DNA from: an uncultured Pseudomonadales bacterium
Lineage (GTDB): Bacteria; Patescibacteriota; Microgenomatia; UBA1400; Chazhemtobacteraceae
Length of the DNA: 64,000 bases
Direction of reading: 5' to 3'
NCBI GenBank assembly: GCA_964422035.1
Contig: CAYQZQ010000001.1
Coordinates: 441,013 to 505,012 of the forward strand
Position numbers and translations under genes: made by a program. Within the stretch, counting starts at the first letter, position 1; each line of letters begins with the position of its first letter. This document shows positions 28,151-36,856 of the stretch, in pieces. Under the pieces are notes generated by a model. The model saw nothing but the letters and a program-made list of their open reading frames with translations, made no database searches and was not told the origin of the DNA.

Positions 28151-28681
28151 ATGAATCAAGATATCCCTAGATACTTTATAGGCATAGGTCTACCCTCACC
28201 TTGGCAGGAGAACCTTAATAAGATTAAGCGCAGCTACCACCCACAACACAGGATGACCAGCCCGGCTCATATTACCCTCAAACCCCCTTTTTGGTATCCA
28301 GATAATAATACCCAGAGTCTAACAGCCCAGTTGGCCAAGTGGAGTGCCCGCAGAAGACTTTTTGAGGTTAAACTTGAGTATGTGGGTAGCTTTGAAAAGC
28401 GAGACTATGGAGTGGTATTTGTGCACCCCAGGAAAGGGGGTAAATTGAAGAGGCTAGACTACACCCTTGATGAAGAAGTTAGATTTCTACCTGAAAACAA
28501 GCAGTTTGTGCCTCATTTGACCTTGGCTCAAAGAGTGAGAAAAGCTAAACTGGGAGAGGTAAAAAGGGAGATCAGGAAGTTGAACTTAAAACTTGAGTTT
28601 GAAGTGAATAAAATCACCCTTTATATCCTCAAAAAAGGAGAAAGTTGGAAGGAATTCAAGGAATTTGCACTAGAGGGATGA
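28151..28681 (+). CDS. 2H phosphoesterase (2'-5' RNA ligase family)
   Basis: Two HxT motifs: AHITL and PHLTL. Confidence 0.85.
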   Translation: MNQDIPRYFIGIGLPSPWQENLNKIKRSYHPQHRMTSPAHITLKPPFWYPDNNTQSLTAQLAKWSARRRLFEVKLEYVGSFEKRDYGVVFVHPRKGGKLKRLDYTLDEEVRFLPENKQFVPHLTLAQRVRKAKLGEVKREIRKLNLKLEFEVNKITLYILKKGESWKEFKEFALEG

Positions 28682-28693
28682 TATACTTGTCTT

Positions 28694-29194
28694 ATGGAAA
28701 AAGCTAGACACGCATGCCAAAGAGTAGGAGTTTTTGTAGATGTTTCAAACATGTACTTTTCGGCAAAAAATCTATTTGAGAAGAAAACTAATTTTGACAA
28801 CATCTTAAAAGAAGCGGTGGGAAAGAGGAAATTAGTTAGAGCCTTTGCTTATGTTGTTGAAGGTGACAGCAACAAAGAGCAGGACTTTTTTAAAGCTTTA
28901 AGTGATCAAGGATATGAGGTAAGAAGCAAGCCTTTGCAGGTTTTCCGCGGCGGGGCCAAAAAAGGAGACTGGGATGTAGGGCTGACTATTGATGTAGTGA
29001 GAAGTTTACCCCTTTTGGATGTAGTAGTGGTAGTTTCCGGAGACGGCGACTATATTGATTTACTTGACTATGTAAGAGGACATGGCAGAAGAACCGAGGT
29101 AATGGCTTTTGAACAATCTGCCAGCGGCGGCTTGATTGAAGAGGCAGATGAGTTTATTGATCTGTCTGAGAACAAGAAAAAGTTTTTGATTTAA
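28694..29194 (+). CDS. NYN domain (LabA/DUF88) protein
   Basis: FVDVSN, KGDWDVGLTID, SGDGDY. Confidence 0.9.
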   Translation: MEKARHACQRVGVFVDVSNMYFSAKNLFEKKTNFDNILKEAVGKRKLVRAFAYVVEGDSNKEQDFFKALSDQGYEVRSKPLQVFRGGAKKGDWDVGLTIDVVRSLPLLDVVVVVSGDGDYIDLLDYVRGHGRRTEVMAFEQSASGGLIEEADEFIDLSENKKKFLI

Positions 29195-29697
29195 GAGGTA
29201 AGAGATTTTAAGATAGCTTGATGTGAGTGCCAACCGATTGGAGGAAGGCTGCCTAGTGAGTGCCAAGCAATATCACTATTTTCGTTTTCATCAGTTGAGA
29301 TAGAACCGGAGGATATTTTTGTCTTAAATGATAAAAATAGATGACCTGGTTCACGGGGGTCATCGTTAACCTGGAATAATTTGAAAAACTTGATATCTTT
29401 GACCTGAAGCCCGGTTTCTTCTTCAACTTCACGCTCCAGAGCAACGTGTGGGTGTTCACCGTATTCAATAAAACCGGCGGGGAGCTGCCAGTAACCTTTG
29501 TACGGCTCTATGTCGCGCTTGACTAATAAAACTTGGTTATCTTTTTGAATAATAGCACCGACAGAAGTAGCTATATGTGGGTAGTAAGTCCAGTCGCAAC
29601 TGGTGCAGTATAATCTTTCTTTTTCATAAGTGGAACGAAGGGTGAGCTCTCTACCACAGAAAGGGCAGTATTGATAGTCAGGTATTTGATTATCCAC
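29191..29697 (-). CDS. NUDIX hydrolase with N-terminal zinc ribbon
   Basis: CPFCG...CTSC; Nudix box GFIEYGE...REVEEETG. Confidence 0.9.
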   Translation of the reverse strand: MDNQIPDYQYCPFCGRELTLRSTYEKERLYCTSCDWTYYPHIATSVGAIIQKDNQVLLVKRDIEPYKGYWQLPAGFIEYGEHPHVALEREVEEETGLQVKDIKFFKLFQVNDDPREPGHLFLSFKTKISSGSISTDENENSDIAWHSLGSLPPIGWHSHQAILKSLTS

Positions 29698-30178
29698 TAA
29701 GAAGATCTTTAAATTCTGATAAAACTTTTTTGGTGTTCCGCCATTGATTGGAGAAATTCAAGTATTGGGATAATTTTGCTTGAGGTACCCATTTTATCTT
29801 TTTTAGCTCTTCTTCTTGCAGGCTGAGATTATTTTTATCACCGGTAAACTTGACCAAGAATTGAGATTGAACTTGGCCGCGAAAGTATTTACCTTTTTGC
29901 TGGTATTTCTTTTCGATTACTTTTTGGGGCCAGTTGTATTGTTTTTTATATTTACTTTTTGTAAGAATTTTAAAAGAGTCGCTTCCCAACTCTTCTTTTA
30001 GTTCTCTTTTTAGGGCATCTTTGTCTGTTTCACCATCCTCTACTCCTCCACCGGGAAACTTCCAGTGATCTTTCGAGTAGCCGTTTTTTTGAACGAGGAG
30101 AAAGTTTTTTTGATCATCGAAGACAATACCTATTGTGCTTTGGCGAAAAGGGAGTTTGTCTAAATCAGGAATTGACAT
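29690..30178 (-). CDS. NUDIX hydrolase (RppH/Ap4A hydrolase-like)
   Basis: WKFPGGGVEDGE...RELKEELG and RGQVQ. Confidence 0.85.
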   Translation of the reverse strand: MSIPDLDKLPFRQSTIGIVFDDQKNFLLVQKNGYSKDHWKFPGGGVEDGETDKDALKRELKEELGSDSFKILTKSKYKKQYNWPQKVIEKKYQQKGKYFRGQVQSQFLVKFTGDKNNLSLQEEELKKIKWVPQAKLSQYLNFSNQWRNTKKVLSEFKDLLSG

Positions 30179-30206
30179 CAGTAGTATTTTATCAGTTTGA
30201 AACTGA

Positions 30207-30413
30207 TTATTTGCGGCCAGCTCGTAAATCTGGGGAAGCAGAAGGAGTGGTGGAGGCAGTTTCTCCAGAAGGCTGAAGTACTTTTCCTCCGCTGGCGAGT
30301 TGTTGTCTCATTAATTTCCACTCTCTTTGGCGCTCTTTTAATTTTTGAAGAGCAGCTTGTCTTTCCGATAAGGATACAGATGGTTGACCACGACCGATTA
30401 TTTCTTTGGACAT
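30207..30413 (-). CDS. Hypothetical protein
   Basis: Short ORF co-oriented with its neighbours; no motif recognised. Confidence 0.4.
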   Translation of the reverse strand: MSKEIIGRGQPSVSLSERQAALQKLKERQREWKLMRQQLASGGKVLQPSGETASTTPSASPDLRAGRK

Positions 30414-30470
30414 TAAGTCTATTTAATCATATTGAATAATTACTCTGAAGTAATATCTAAATAAAAAAAT

Positions 30471-31064
30471 TCATATCTCTTTCCAGACGAAATACGTTGT
30501 TTTATCGGGTTGAATCTCTTTATATCCATCAGGGCTAAATAAAGGGCGAGGTAGTTGAAGATAATAAAAATAACCGTCATAGTGAGTAAGTAGACCAGGA
30601 TAGCTCATGGATTCTCGCTTAATTTTTCGTTGATCGATTTTTTGAGGATTTATTAGTTTGAGGTCATGTTCTGACCAAAGACGGCCGATTTCTTCTTTGA
30701 TTGCTCTGACAACTGCTTGATTTGGTTCCTCGTGAAGATGGATTTTTTCCTTAACAGCACCTTTAAACTCAGAACGGTGGCGAGTACGCTGATTGAGCTT
30801 GCCCTCATTGAATACTTGTCGATCTTCTACTAGTCTTAATTTTTTATCCATCATTTCAACTTCTACATTAACTTGTATAAATTTAAGTTTTCTAATTAAT
30901 CTGCCGTTTTCTTGAATAAGCTGGCTGTCTTGGCGTTTGATCTCTCTATATAGGTGCTTAACTGTTTTGGCCTTATCTTGCCCCCAGGTATCGATGGGAA
31001 TATCGTGAGCTGAAAGAAATGACTCAAGGTGAGTCGGGGGCAAGGTAAAAAGTTTTTCTTTCAT
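30471..31064 (-). CDS. Hypothetical protein with a degenerate Nudix box
   Basis: EEPNQAVVRAIKEEIG resembles the Nudix helix; SYPGL motif. Confidence 0.6.
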   Translation of the reverse strand: MKEKLFTLPPTHLESFLSAHDIPIDTWGQDKAKTVKHLYREIKRQDSQLIQENGRLIRKLKFIQVNVEVEMMDKKLRLVEDRQVFNEGKLNQRTRHRSEFKGAVKEKIHLHEEPNQAVVRAIKEEIGRLWSEHDLKLINPQKIDQRKIKRESMSYPGLLTHYDGYFYYLQLPRPLFSPDGYKEIQPDKTTYFVWKEI

Positions 31065-31066
31065 AG

Positions 31067-31327
31067 TTATCCAACAAGATTTGATTTTTGAGGAGGAAGC
31101 ACAGAAGGATTATTGTTTTCTTCTTTGTCTTTTCTTTTTTGCTCAATTAGTTTTTCAAGTGTTTTTTGCTGTTGTTTTTGATATTCTTCTTTGTCTACTT
31201 CTTGGAAGTTTTCTTTACCAGCAATATCTTTGAATTGCTCTGGATTGTAGACAGGAATAACGACACCGTGAGAGTTTTTGAAGTAGGAAACTTTGAAGTG
31301 GTTTGGTTGCTCTTTTTTTAAGGTCAT
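31067..31327 (-). CDS. Hypothetical protein
   Basis: Stop abuts the start of the next gene; no motif recognised. Confidence 0.5.
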   Translation of the reverse strand: MTLKKEQPNHFKVSYFKNSHGVVIPVYNPEQFKDIAGKENFQEVDKEEYQKQQQKTLEKLIEQKRKDKEENNNPSVLPPQKSNLVG

Positions 31328-31653
31328 AAATTAAGGGCGGATGTGCATAATTTATTTGACAAGCACTTGATCATCACTCATTGCATACACTTTATACATG
31401 AACCGATAGATGGCAGTCAAGACAACTAGATTGCTTAGGAAAGCATTTCTTTTCTATCAATCTTCATCGAAGAAAATCTATTTTTGTTCGGTTTAAGTTG
31501 GTAAAAATCCATATCACCTGTTTTATTATTAGAATTAATCAAAACTACCTCTCTAAAAGGGAACTTATGATTATTTAACCAATCTACTACTTCTCTTAGT
31601 TGAATTTTTATAAAAGGCCTTGTTGCTGGTCATTTCTGGACGACGAGGTTAAG

Positions 31654-31727
31654 GTTCCAATGTTTTTGGGGAAATCAAGAGTTTTGTAGGGTGTATGTTC
31701 TGGTTGAGCAGGCAGGTCTCGAACCTA
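31654..31727. repeat. Degenerate copy of the tRNA-Gln 3' end plus flank (att-like)
   Basis: 31701-31727 TGGTTGAGCAGGCAGGTCTCGAACCTA versus 44006-44032 TGGTTGCCAGGCTAGGATTCGAACCTA; 31654-31690 matches 43921-43958 at about 31/38. Confidence 0.7.
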
Positions 31728-31865
31728 ATCGTTCCATAAAATGAGACAAATGGGACAGTATAAAAAAAGGGTAATCTGCATACTTTGTTTGGCTTTTTTG
31801 AAATTTGTTCTGTTGGAACTTTATTAACTCAATATATAAGCTATAATTCAACTAAGGAAATAACT

Positions 31866-33683
31866 ATGGCGGAAAAGTCCCCTCCCCAATCATCACATGC
31901 GAAAGATATAGAGCACTTAGACAATCTCGTTCAAAGAGCCAGTACAAAAAAAGAGAATGAACCCAAACGCAAAAAGAGTGTTGTAGTTGTGGGTTCTACC
32001 TACTTTCCCAACTTTGGAGATAAAAATGAAAATATCCCTGACAATATAAGGGGCAATCTAGTATTAGAAAGTTTAAAGAAACTAAACAATGAAGGTATCG
32101 ACGTGTGTGTAGTCGATGGTAGTAGCTCCGAAGCTTTTGTGGAAAAAGTAAAAGAAATAAATCCAAAACGTTTTAGCGAAGGAGGTGTGAGTAGAGAACC
32201 TGCTGATATACATGATTTTATCAACACTCTAGAGGTTTCTGAAGAGGCAAGTAAAAAGGGGGAAGACATCCCTGGAATCATATGGTTTGTTGAACAACAG
32301 GAAGAGGGCTATAGCCAAGCAAGGGTTGAGGTAATAAAAAGCGTTACGGATGTTGTAACAGGCTCTGTAGATCACGAAGCCATTTTTCAAATGGAGTTAG
32401 AGAAAACTCCTTTGGTCGGCGAGATAGAAAAAACAATCAAACCGATTGTAGAGGGACGGGCAGATATAGTTATCCCAGATCGTGGCATAAGGGTTAAGGA
32501 TTTAGGAGATGATCGGGACGATTTCCGTAATTATCCAAGATTTCAAGCCGTTTCTGAGAGAAAAGCAAATCTCCTCATACACCAGATGCTTGTAGAAGCA
32601 GGACTAAGGGGGGCTGAAGACTCTGTGCTAGATCTATTCGGGGGGACTAGGGCAATCAAAGATAAGCCAGACCTTAGAAGATTATTTGGCGAAACCTTTA
32701 AAATACCAGAAGATAGTTCCTTTTGGGGAAAAATTAAACCAGAAGCTTATTCTAACGCCGTATACTTTCCTGTCTATATTGCTCTTGCACTGGGCCGAAA
32801 GGTAGATTCTGTACCAATTGATTTCTCCTATCCAAAGAGTCAAACAGCACTAGAGGCACAGGATGAAAGTTATAAAGAGAAAAGACAAGAGCAATTCAAT
32901 GATATCGTAGGAGGCTCAAAATTATTAATAGACTTCTTGGGTAAAAAATTGAAAAAAGTGAAACTCGCAGAAAAAGTTCTTGATACAAAAAGGGTCCTAA
33001 ATTATCTTAGAAAAAACTCTGTGATTGAACTTGAGGAATTGCAATGGGAAGAAAAAAACCAATTTAGTGAAGAATTACATTACGACAAAGCAGATTTACT
33101 TTCCATACTTGAAAAGATAGGGCAAGGCGAAAAGATTGTTGAGCAACTTGACGATGCACTTGCTTCCTATCTTTCTAATTTCGACGCTGGTCACTCTTTT
33201 TTGAATTGGGATGAGTTTAAACAAGTACGAAAAAGGATGAATCTTTTGAAAAAGGGAGTTAATCTCTTTGGAAAAGAAAAAGAGGCTGAAAAAATTTATG
33301 AAAAATATAGAGATCAAATACTCAACAATCTATATAATACAACGCTTATTTTTTATTTATTGAGAAACTCTGGTGCATCTAGAAATTTAGACATTGCCTC
33401 TTTCTTTGCTGAATTTGTCGAGGTTTCAAAAACGGACTACTCCATAGCGGTGCTTTTTGGCACTTCAGACGACGCAAAGCTAGACGAGCTAAATAGTTTG
33501 ACAAAAAAATTTAACTTAACTGCAGGGGAAAAAAGACAAATAATAGTAGGGCTATCAAGACAGGTAATAATAAAGAAGCCGGAAACAGATAAGAAAGAAC
33601 TTATTGATGATTTAGGAGAGATTTTTGAAATTCCTCCTGAGGAGTTATCAGTAATTAGTAAAAGAGTGTTAGAAATAAGCTAA
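31866..33683 (+). CDS. Hypothetical protein with a GT-A/glycosyltransferase-2-like N-terminal domain
   Basis: VCVVDGSS, GYSQAR, ADIVIPDR; helical C-terminus; start at MAEK after AAGGA. Confidence 0.6.
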   Translation: MAEKSPPQSSHAKDIEHLDNLVQRASTKKENEPKRKKSVVVVGSTYFPNFGDKNENIPDNIRGNLVLESLKKLNNEGIDVCVVDGSSSEAFVEKVKEINPKRFSEGGVSREPADIHDFINTLEVSEEASKKGEDIPGIIWFVEQQEEGYSQARVEVIKSVTDVVTGSVDHEAIFQMELEKTPLVGEIEKTIKPIVEGRADIVIPDRGIRVKDLGDDRDDFRNYPRFQAVSERKANLLIHQMLVEAGLRGAEDSVLDLFGGTRAIKDKPDLRRLFGETFKIPEDSSFWGKIKPEAYSNAVYFPVYIALALGRKVDSVPIDFSYPKSQTALEAQDESYKEKRQEQFNDIVGGSKLLIDFLGKKLKKVKLAEKVLDTKRVLNYLRKNSVIELEELQWEEKNQFSEELHYDKADLLSILEKIGQGEKIVEQLDDALASYLSNFDAGHSFLNWDEFKQVRKRMNLLKKGVNLFGKEKEAEKIYEKYRDQILNNLYNTTLIFYLLRNSGASRNLDIASFFAEFVEVSKTDYSIAVLFGTSDDAKLDELNSLTKKFNLTAGEKRQIIVGLSRQVIIKKPETDKKELIDDLGEIFEIPPEELSVISKRVLEIS

Positions 33684-33689
33684 AACGTC

Positions 33690-33714
33690 TGAGCAGGTAG
33701 GTCTCGAACCTACT
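33690..33714. repeat. Second tRNA T-arm-like att remnant
   Basis: 33690-33712 matches 31705-31727 at 22/23; the minus strand forms a GTAGG-TTCGAGA-CCTAC T-arm. Confidence 0.75.
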
Positions 33715-33881
33715 AATCCCATAACTGGACAGTGTATTTGAAGTTTGAAATTTCAAACATAATGAGCTTATGAGCCTCAAGCCCAGGCTCTATAAATGTT
33801 GTAATAATAAATCAATTGTTCACCTTAGTAAATTTTGTATATGATTATTTTAATGGACAAAGAAAATAAATATTAACTTTT

Positions 33882-34439
33882 ATGGTTGATATTACACTTA
33901 TTACAAGAAACGCCAAAAAGGTGCAATCAGCACAAGTTGCCATGAGCAGTCATGGTATAAAAGTTTTGCAAGAGAAGCTTGATACTCCTGAAATTCAGGA
34001 CAAAAATATTGATAAAGTTGCAGAATTTTCGGCGAAATTTGCCGCCGATGAATTAGGAAAGGCAGTTATAAAAGTTGATGTCGGTTTTGAAATAGAAGCC
34101 CTGAGCGGCTTCCCAGGACCTTTCTCTAAATTTATCAATGAGTGGCTACCTCCTGAAAAAGTATTGAGGCTTCTTGAGGGTGAGGAAAACAGAAATGCAA
34201 AATTTATTGATGTTGTTGCATTTAGCGAACCAGGAAAAGACCCTGTAAGTTTTAGATCAGAGACAATCGGTAAAATCTCATATCAATCGTCAGGTAATAA
34301 TGGTTGGGGCATTGACAAAATATTTATCCCAAAAGGATACAAGTGCACACTGGCAAGCCTAGAAAACGATAAGCGGGTAAAAGTTTGGAATACTGATCAT
34401 TGGAAGAAGCTTGCCCATTTTATTAAAAAAGAGAGATAA
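33882..34439 (+). CDS. HAM1/ITPase family non-canonical NTP pyrophosphatase, atypical
   Basis: TRNAKK, EIQ, ALSGFPGPFSKF, GWGIDKIF; the C-terminal SHR motif is absent. Confidence 0.85.
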   Translation: MVDITLITRNAKKVQSAQVAMSSHGIKVLQEKLDTPEIQDKNIDKVAEFSAKFAADELGKAVIKVDVGFEIEALSGFPGPFSKFINEWLPPEKVLRLLEGEENRNAKFIDVVAFSEPGKDPVSFRSETIGKISYQSSGNNGWGIDKIFIPKGYKCTLASLENDKRVKVWNTDHWKKLAHFIKKER

Positions 34440-34466
34440 CATAGCAAGAATATATTTGGTGGCCTT

Positions 34467-34493
34467 TACTGGTTGCGAAGATGAGAGTCTGAC
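34467..34493. repeat. Third degenerate tRNA-Gln 3'-end remnant
   Basis: TACTGGTTGCGAAGATGAGAGTCTGAC versus 44003-44029, 19/27 ungapped with the first 10 nt identical. Confidence 0.5.
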
Positions 34494-34626
34494 TGAAGCC
34501 TTGGCGCCCAGGACATGGTCAATTTAACCAAATTAAACGAATTGATGTATAGAAGCGAATTTACAAAGATCTAAAGTTGTGACCAAAACAAGGTTAAATC
34601 AAGTGATGAGTGAAACCTGTGGAATA

Positions 34627-35712
34627 CTAGGAGGCTTCCCAAGTGGAGTTTTCTATCAAATCTAAAGTATTTTTTGCATTTTGTTTAGCTTTTTTAGCAC
34701 CAGTTTTTAATATACCCGATACATAGTCTGGATCTTGAGTGATTTTTTGGCGCTTTTCTTGAAATTCATGAAGGAAATTTTTAGTTATCTTGGTTAATAT
34801 TTGTTTAAAATCACCCATAACTTTCTCACCCGACATATGTTTCTGAACTATTTGATCTATCATGTTTTTATCTTCTTCTGTTCTGGCAAGCTCTTGAGCC
34901 AAGAGAATATGACTTTTAAGTGTTTCGTTCATCTTCCCAGCAAAAGCTGTCTGTGCGCGTTTAATCTTATCTGCTGCTTCTTCAGGACTATCGGTCAGGA
35001 ATATTGCCCCTTTCGGGTTGGTTTTGCTCATCTTACCGTCACCTCTCAGTGACTGTAGCCTTAACGGAGCCTCAACTTCTAAAACTTTAGGTGTGGGCAA
35101 AATTTCTCCATATTGATTGTTGAATCTTCTAATCAACTTCCTGGTTACTTCCATGTGAGCTAGTTGGTCTTCACCTACAGGCACCTTGTGAGCTCTTTGA
35201 AGAATAATGTCTGATGCCATCATTACAGGATAAAGTAAAAGTAGGGCATTTGCAGTTTCAGGTCTTGAGTTTTTTTTGAGCTTATCTTTTAAAGTCGGAA
35301 CTCTTAGTAATTCAGAGGCACTAATGTGCCTAGATAGCCACGTCATTAAGGTAGTAACTTCTGGAGTAATCTCAGATTGAACAAATATATCAGTCCTTTC
35401 GGGATCAAGCCCCAGGGCAAGATAATCCGCTACTACTTCATTTGTGAATTTGCGAGCCTGATGAGGCTCATGATCTGTTAAGGCGTGTAGGTCCGCAACA
35501 AAAACCATGATCTCTTTCTCCTCATCCTGGAGTTCTACTATGGGCTTTACCGCACCTAAATAATTAGCAACGGTTAAATCGCCCGTTGGGCGAATACCCG
35601 TGAATATATCAACCATATAATCTTTTCTTTCCTTTTTTTCAGGACTATTTAGCATATCTTGATTCTTTAGTGTTTCAGACTTGTTTATAGTATCTTTTTC
35701 AGATTCTCTCAT
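34627..35712 (-). CDS. trpS: Tryptophan--tRNA ligase, island-encoded
   Basis: FTGIRPTG, TVAN (HIGH equivalent), ADLHALT, YPVMMASDI, VPVGEDQ, KMSKT; TTGACA-17-TTTAAT promoter supports ATG 35712. Confidence 0.92.
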   Translation of the reverse strand: MRESEKDTINKSETLKNQDMLNSPEKKERKDYMVDIFTGIRPTGDLTVANYLGAVKPIVELQDEEKEIMVFVADLHALTDHEPHQARKFTNEVVADYLALGLDPERTDIFVQSEITPEVTTLMTWLSRHISASELLRVPTLKDKLKKNSRPETANALLLLYPVMMASDIILQRAHKVPVGEDQLAHMEVTRKLIRRFNNQYGEILPTPKVLEVEAPLRLQSLRGDGKMSKTNPKGAIFLTDSPEEAADKIKRAQTAFAGKMNETLKSHILLAQELARTEEDKNMIDQIVQKHMSGEKVMGDFKQILTKITKNFLHEFQEKRQKITQDPDYVSGILKTGAKKAKQNAKNTLDLIENSTWEAS

Positions 35713-35803
35713 AGTTTGAGTAATTAAATCAAATCTGAGTACAAATGTCAATTTAGATTTCATTATTAGAGGATAATCTGCATCAATGATATAATTTAAA
35801 AAA

Positions 35804-36856
35804 ATGGATAGACAAAAACAAGAAAAGATATCATCTGCAATTAAGCAAGTAATCGCTGGGAAAGATTTGGATAAAAAGAATTTGAAGGAAGTTTTTAAGA
35901 TTATATTGGAGCATGGGCTAGGAGATGCAAACGATGTTTCTTTTGGGGCTTTATTTGCAGCCCTACAGACTAAAGGTCCGACAGATAATGAGTTACTTGG
36001 CTTAATTGAGATTGTATTGAATTATGACAGAGAAAAAATTCCATACTCAGGGAATTCAAGCAATCTTTGTGGGGTAGTAGGAAGTGGTAAGGATGATATA
36101 AAAACTTTCAACATCAGCACTTGTGCGGCTTTTGTGGCCTCAGCAGCTGGAGTAAAAATGGTCAAAAATGGATCTCGCAGTGAATCTAGTATCGCTGGAA
36201 CCACGGACGTGCTTGAAGAACTAGGAGTAAAAATAAATCTTGAACCGGAAGAAGTTATTGAGGCTTTAGAAAAATATGGTATTACTTTTTGTGATGCAGG
36301 ACCTTATTTTCCCAGGATGAGTAGAGAATACGTTGGAAAATTTCTGTTTCCTCATCCACTGAGTTACACCTTATCCATAGCAAGTGGTTTAAGTTTTGAG
36401 AGGGTATTGTTTGGTGTTTCCTTTCCCGAAACTGAAAGGGTTGCTCATATTTTAAGAGAGCTTGGGTATCATGATTTCATGGTAGTTTCGGGTGAAGATG
36501 AAAAAGGTAGACGCTTCGATGAAATTTCAAATATCGGACCAACAAAGATCAGTGAGTATAAAAAGAATAAATTAAAAACTTATACTGCCAGTCCAGAAGA
36601 TTTTGGCATTAAATCCTCTGAGCATAAATACATTAAGGAAGGGGAGTCCGTAAAAGAGAACGCTAAAAAAATGCTAGATATTCTTAAAAATCAGACTGTC
36701 GCTCCAACGAGAGATGTTGTCTTGATAAACGCAGGAGCCCTCATTTATATAGCTGATAAAGCAGAAAGTATAAGAGAGGGCGTAAAAATGGCAAAAGAGG
36801 CCATAGAAAGCGGTGGGGCATTTGAGAAGTTCAAAAACTTGAGAGACTACAAATGA
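35804..36856 (+). CDS. Anthranilate phosphoribosyltransferase-like protein with altered motifs
   Basis: GSGKDDIKTFNIST, KNGSRSESS, DVLEELG, FDEIS, INAG. Confidence 0.85.
   Translation: MDRQKQEKISSAIKQVIAGKDLDKKNLKEVFKIILEHGLGDANDVSFGALFAALQTKGPTDNELLGLIEIVLNYDREKIPYSGNSSNLCGVVGSGKDDIKTFNISTCAAFVASAAGVKMVKNGSRSESSIAGTTDVLEELGVKINLEPEEVIEALEKYGITFCDAGPYFPRMSREYVGKFLFPHPLSYTLSIASGLSFERVLFGVSFPETERVAHILRELGYHDFMVVSGEDEKGRRFDEISNIGPTKISEYKKNKLKTYTASPEDFGIKSSEHKYIKEGESVKENAKKMLDILKNQTVAPTRDVVLINAGALIYIADKAESIREGVKMAKEAIESGGAFEKFKNLRDYK

Noticed and set aside
31654-34493. Possible CRISPR array or integron attC array
   Set aside because: The repeats are few, degenerate, kilobases apart and tRNA-derived; there are no spacer-length units, cas genes, intI or attC hairpins.
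35804-36856. Tryptophan biosynthesis operon
   Set aside because: No other trp biosynthetic genes are present and the anthranilate-binding motifs are altered.
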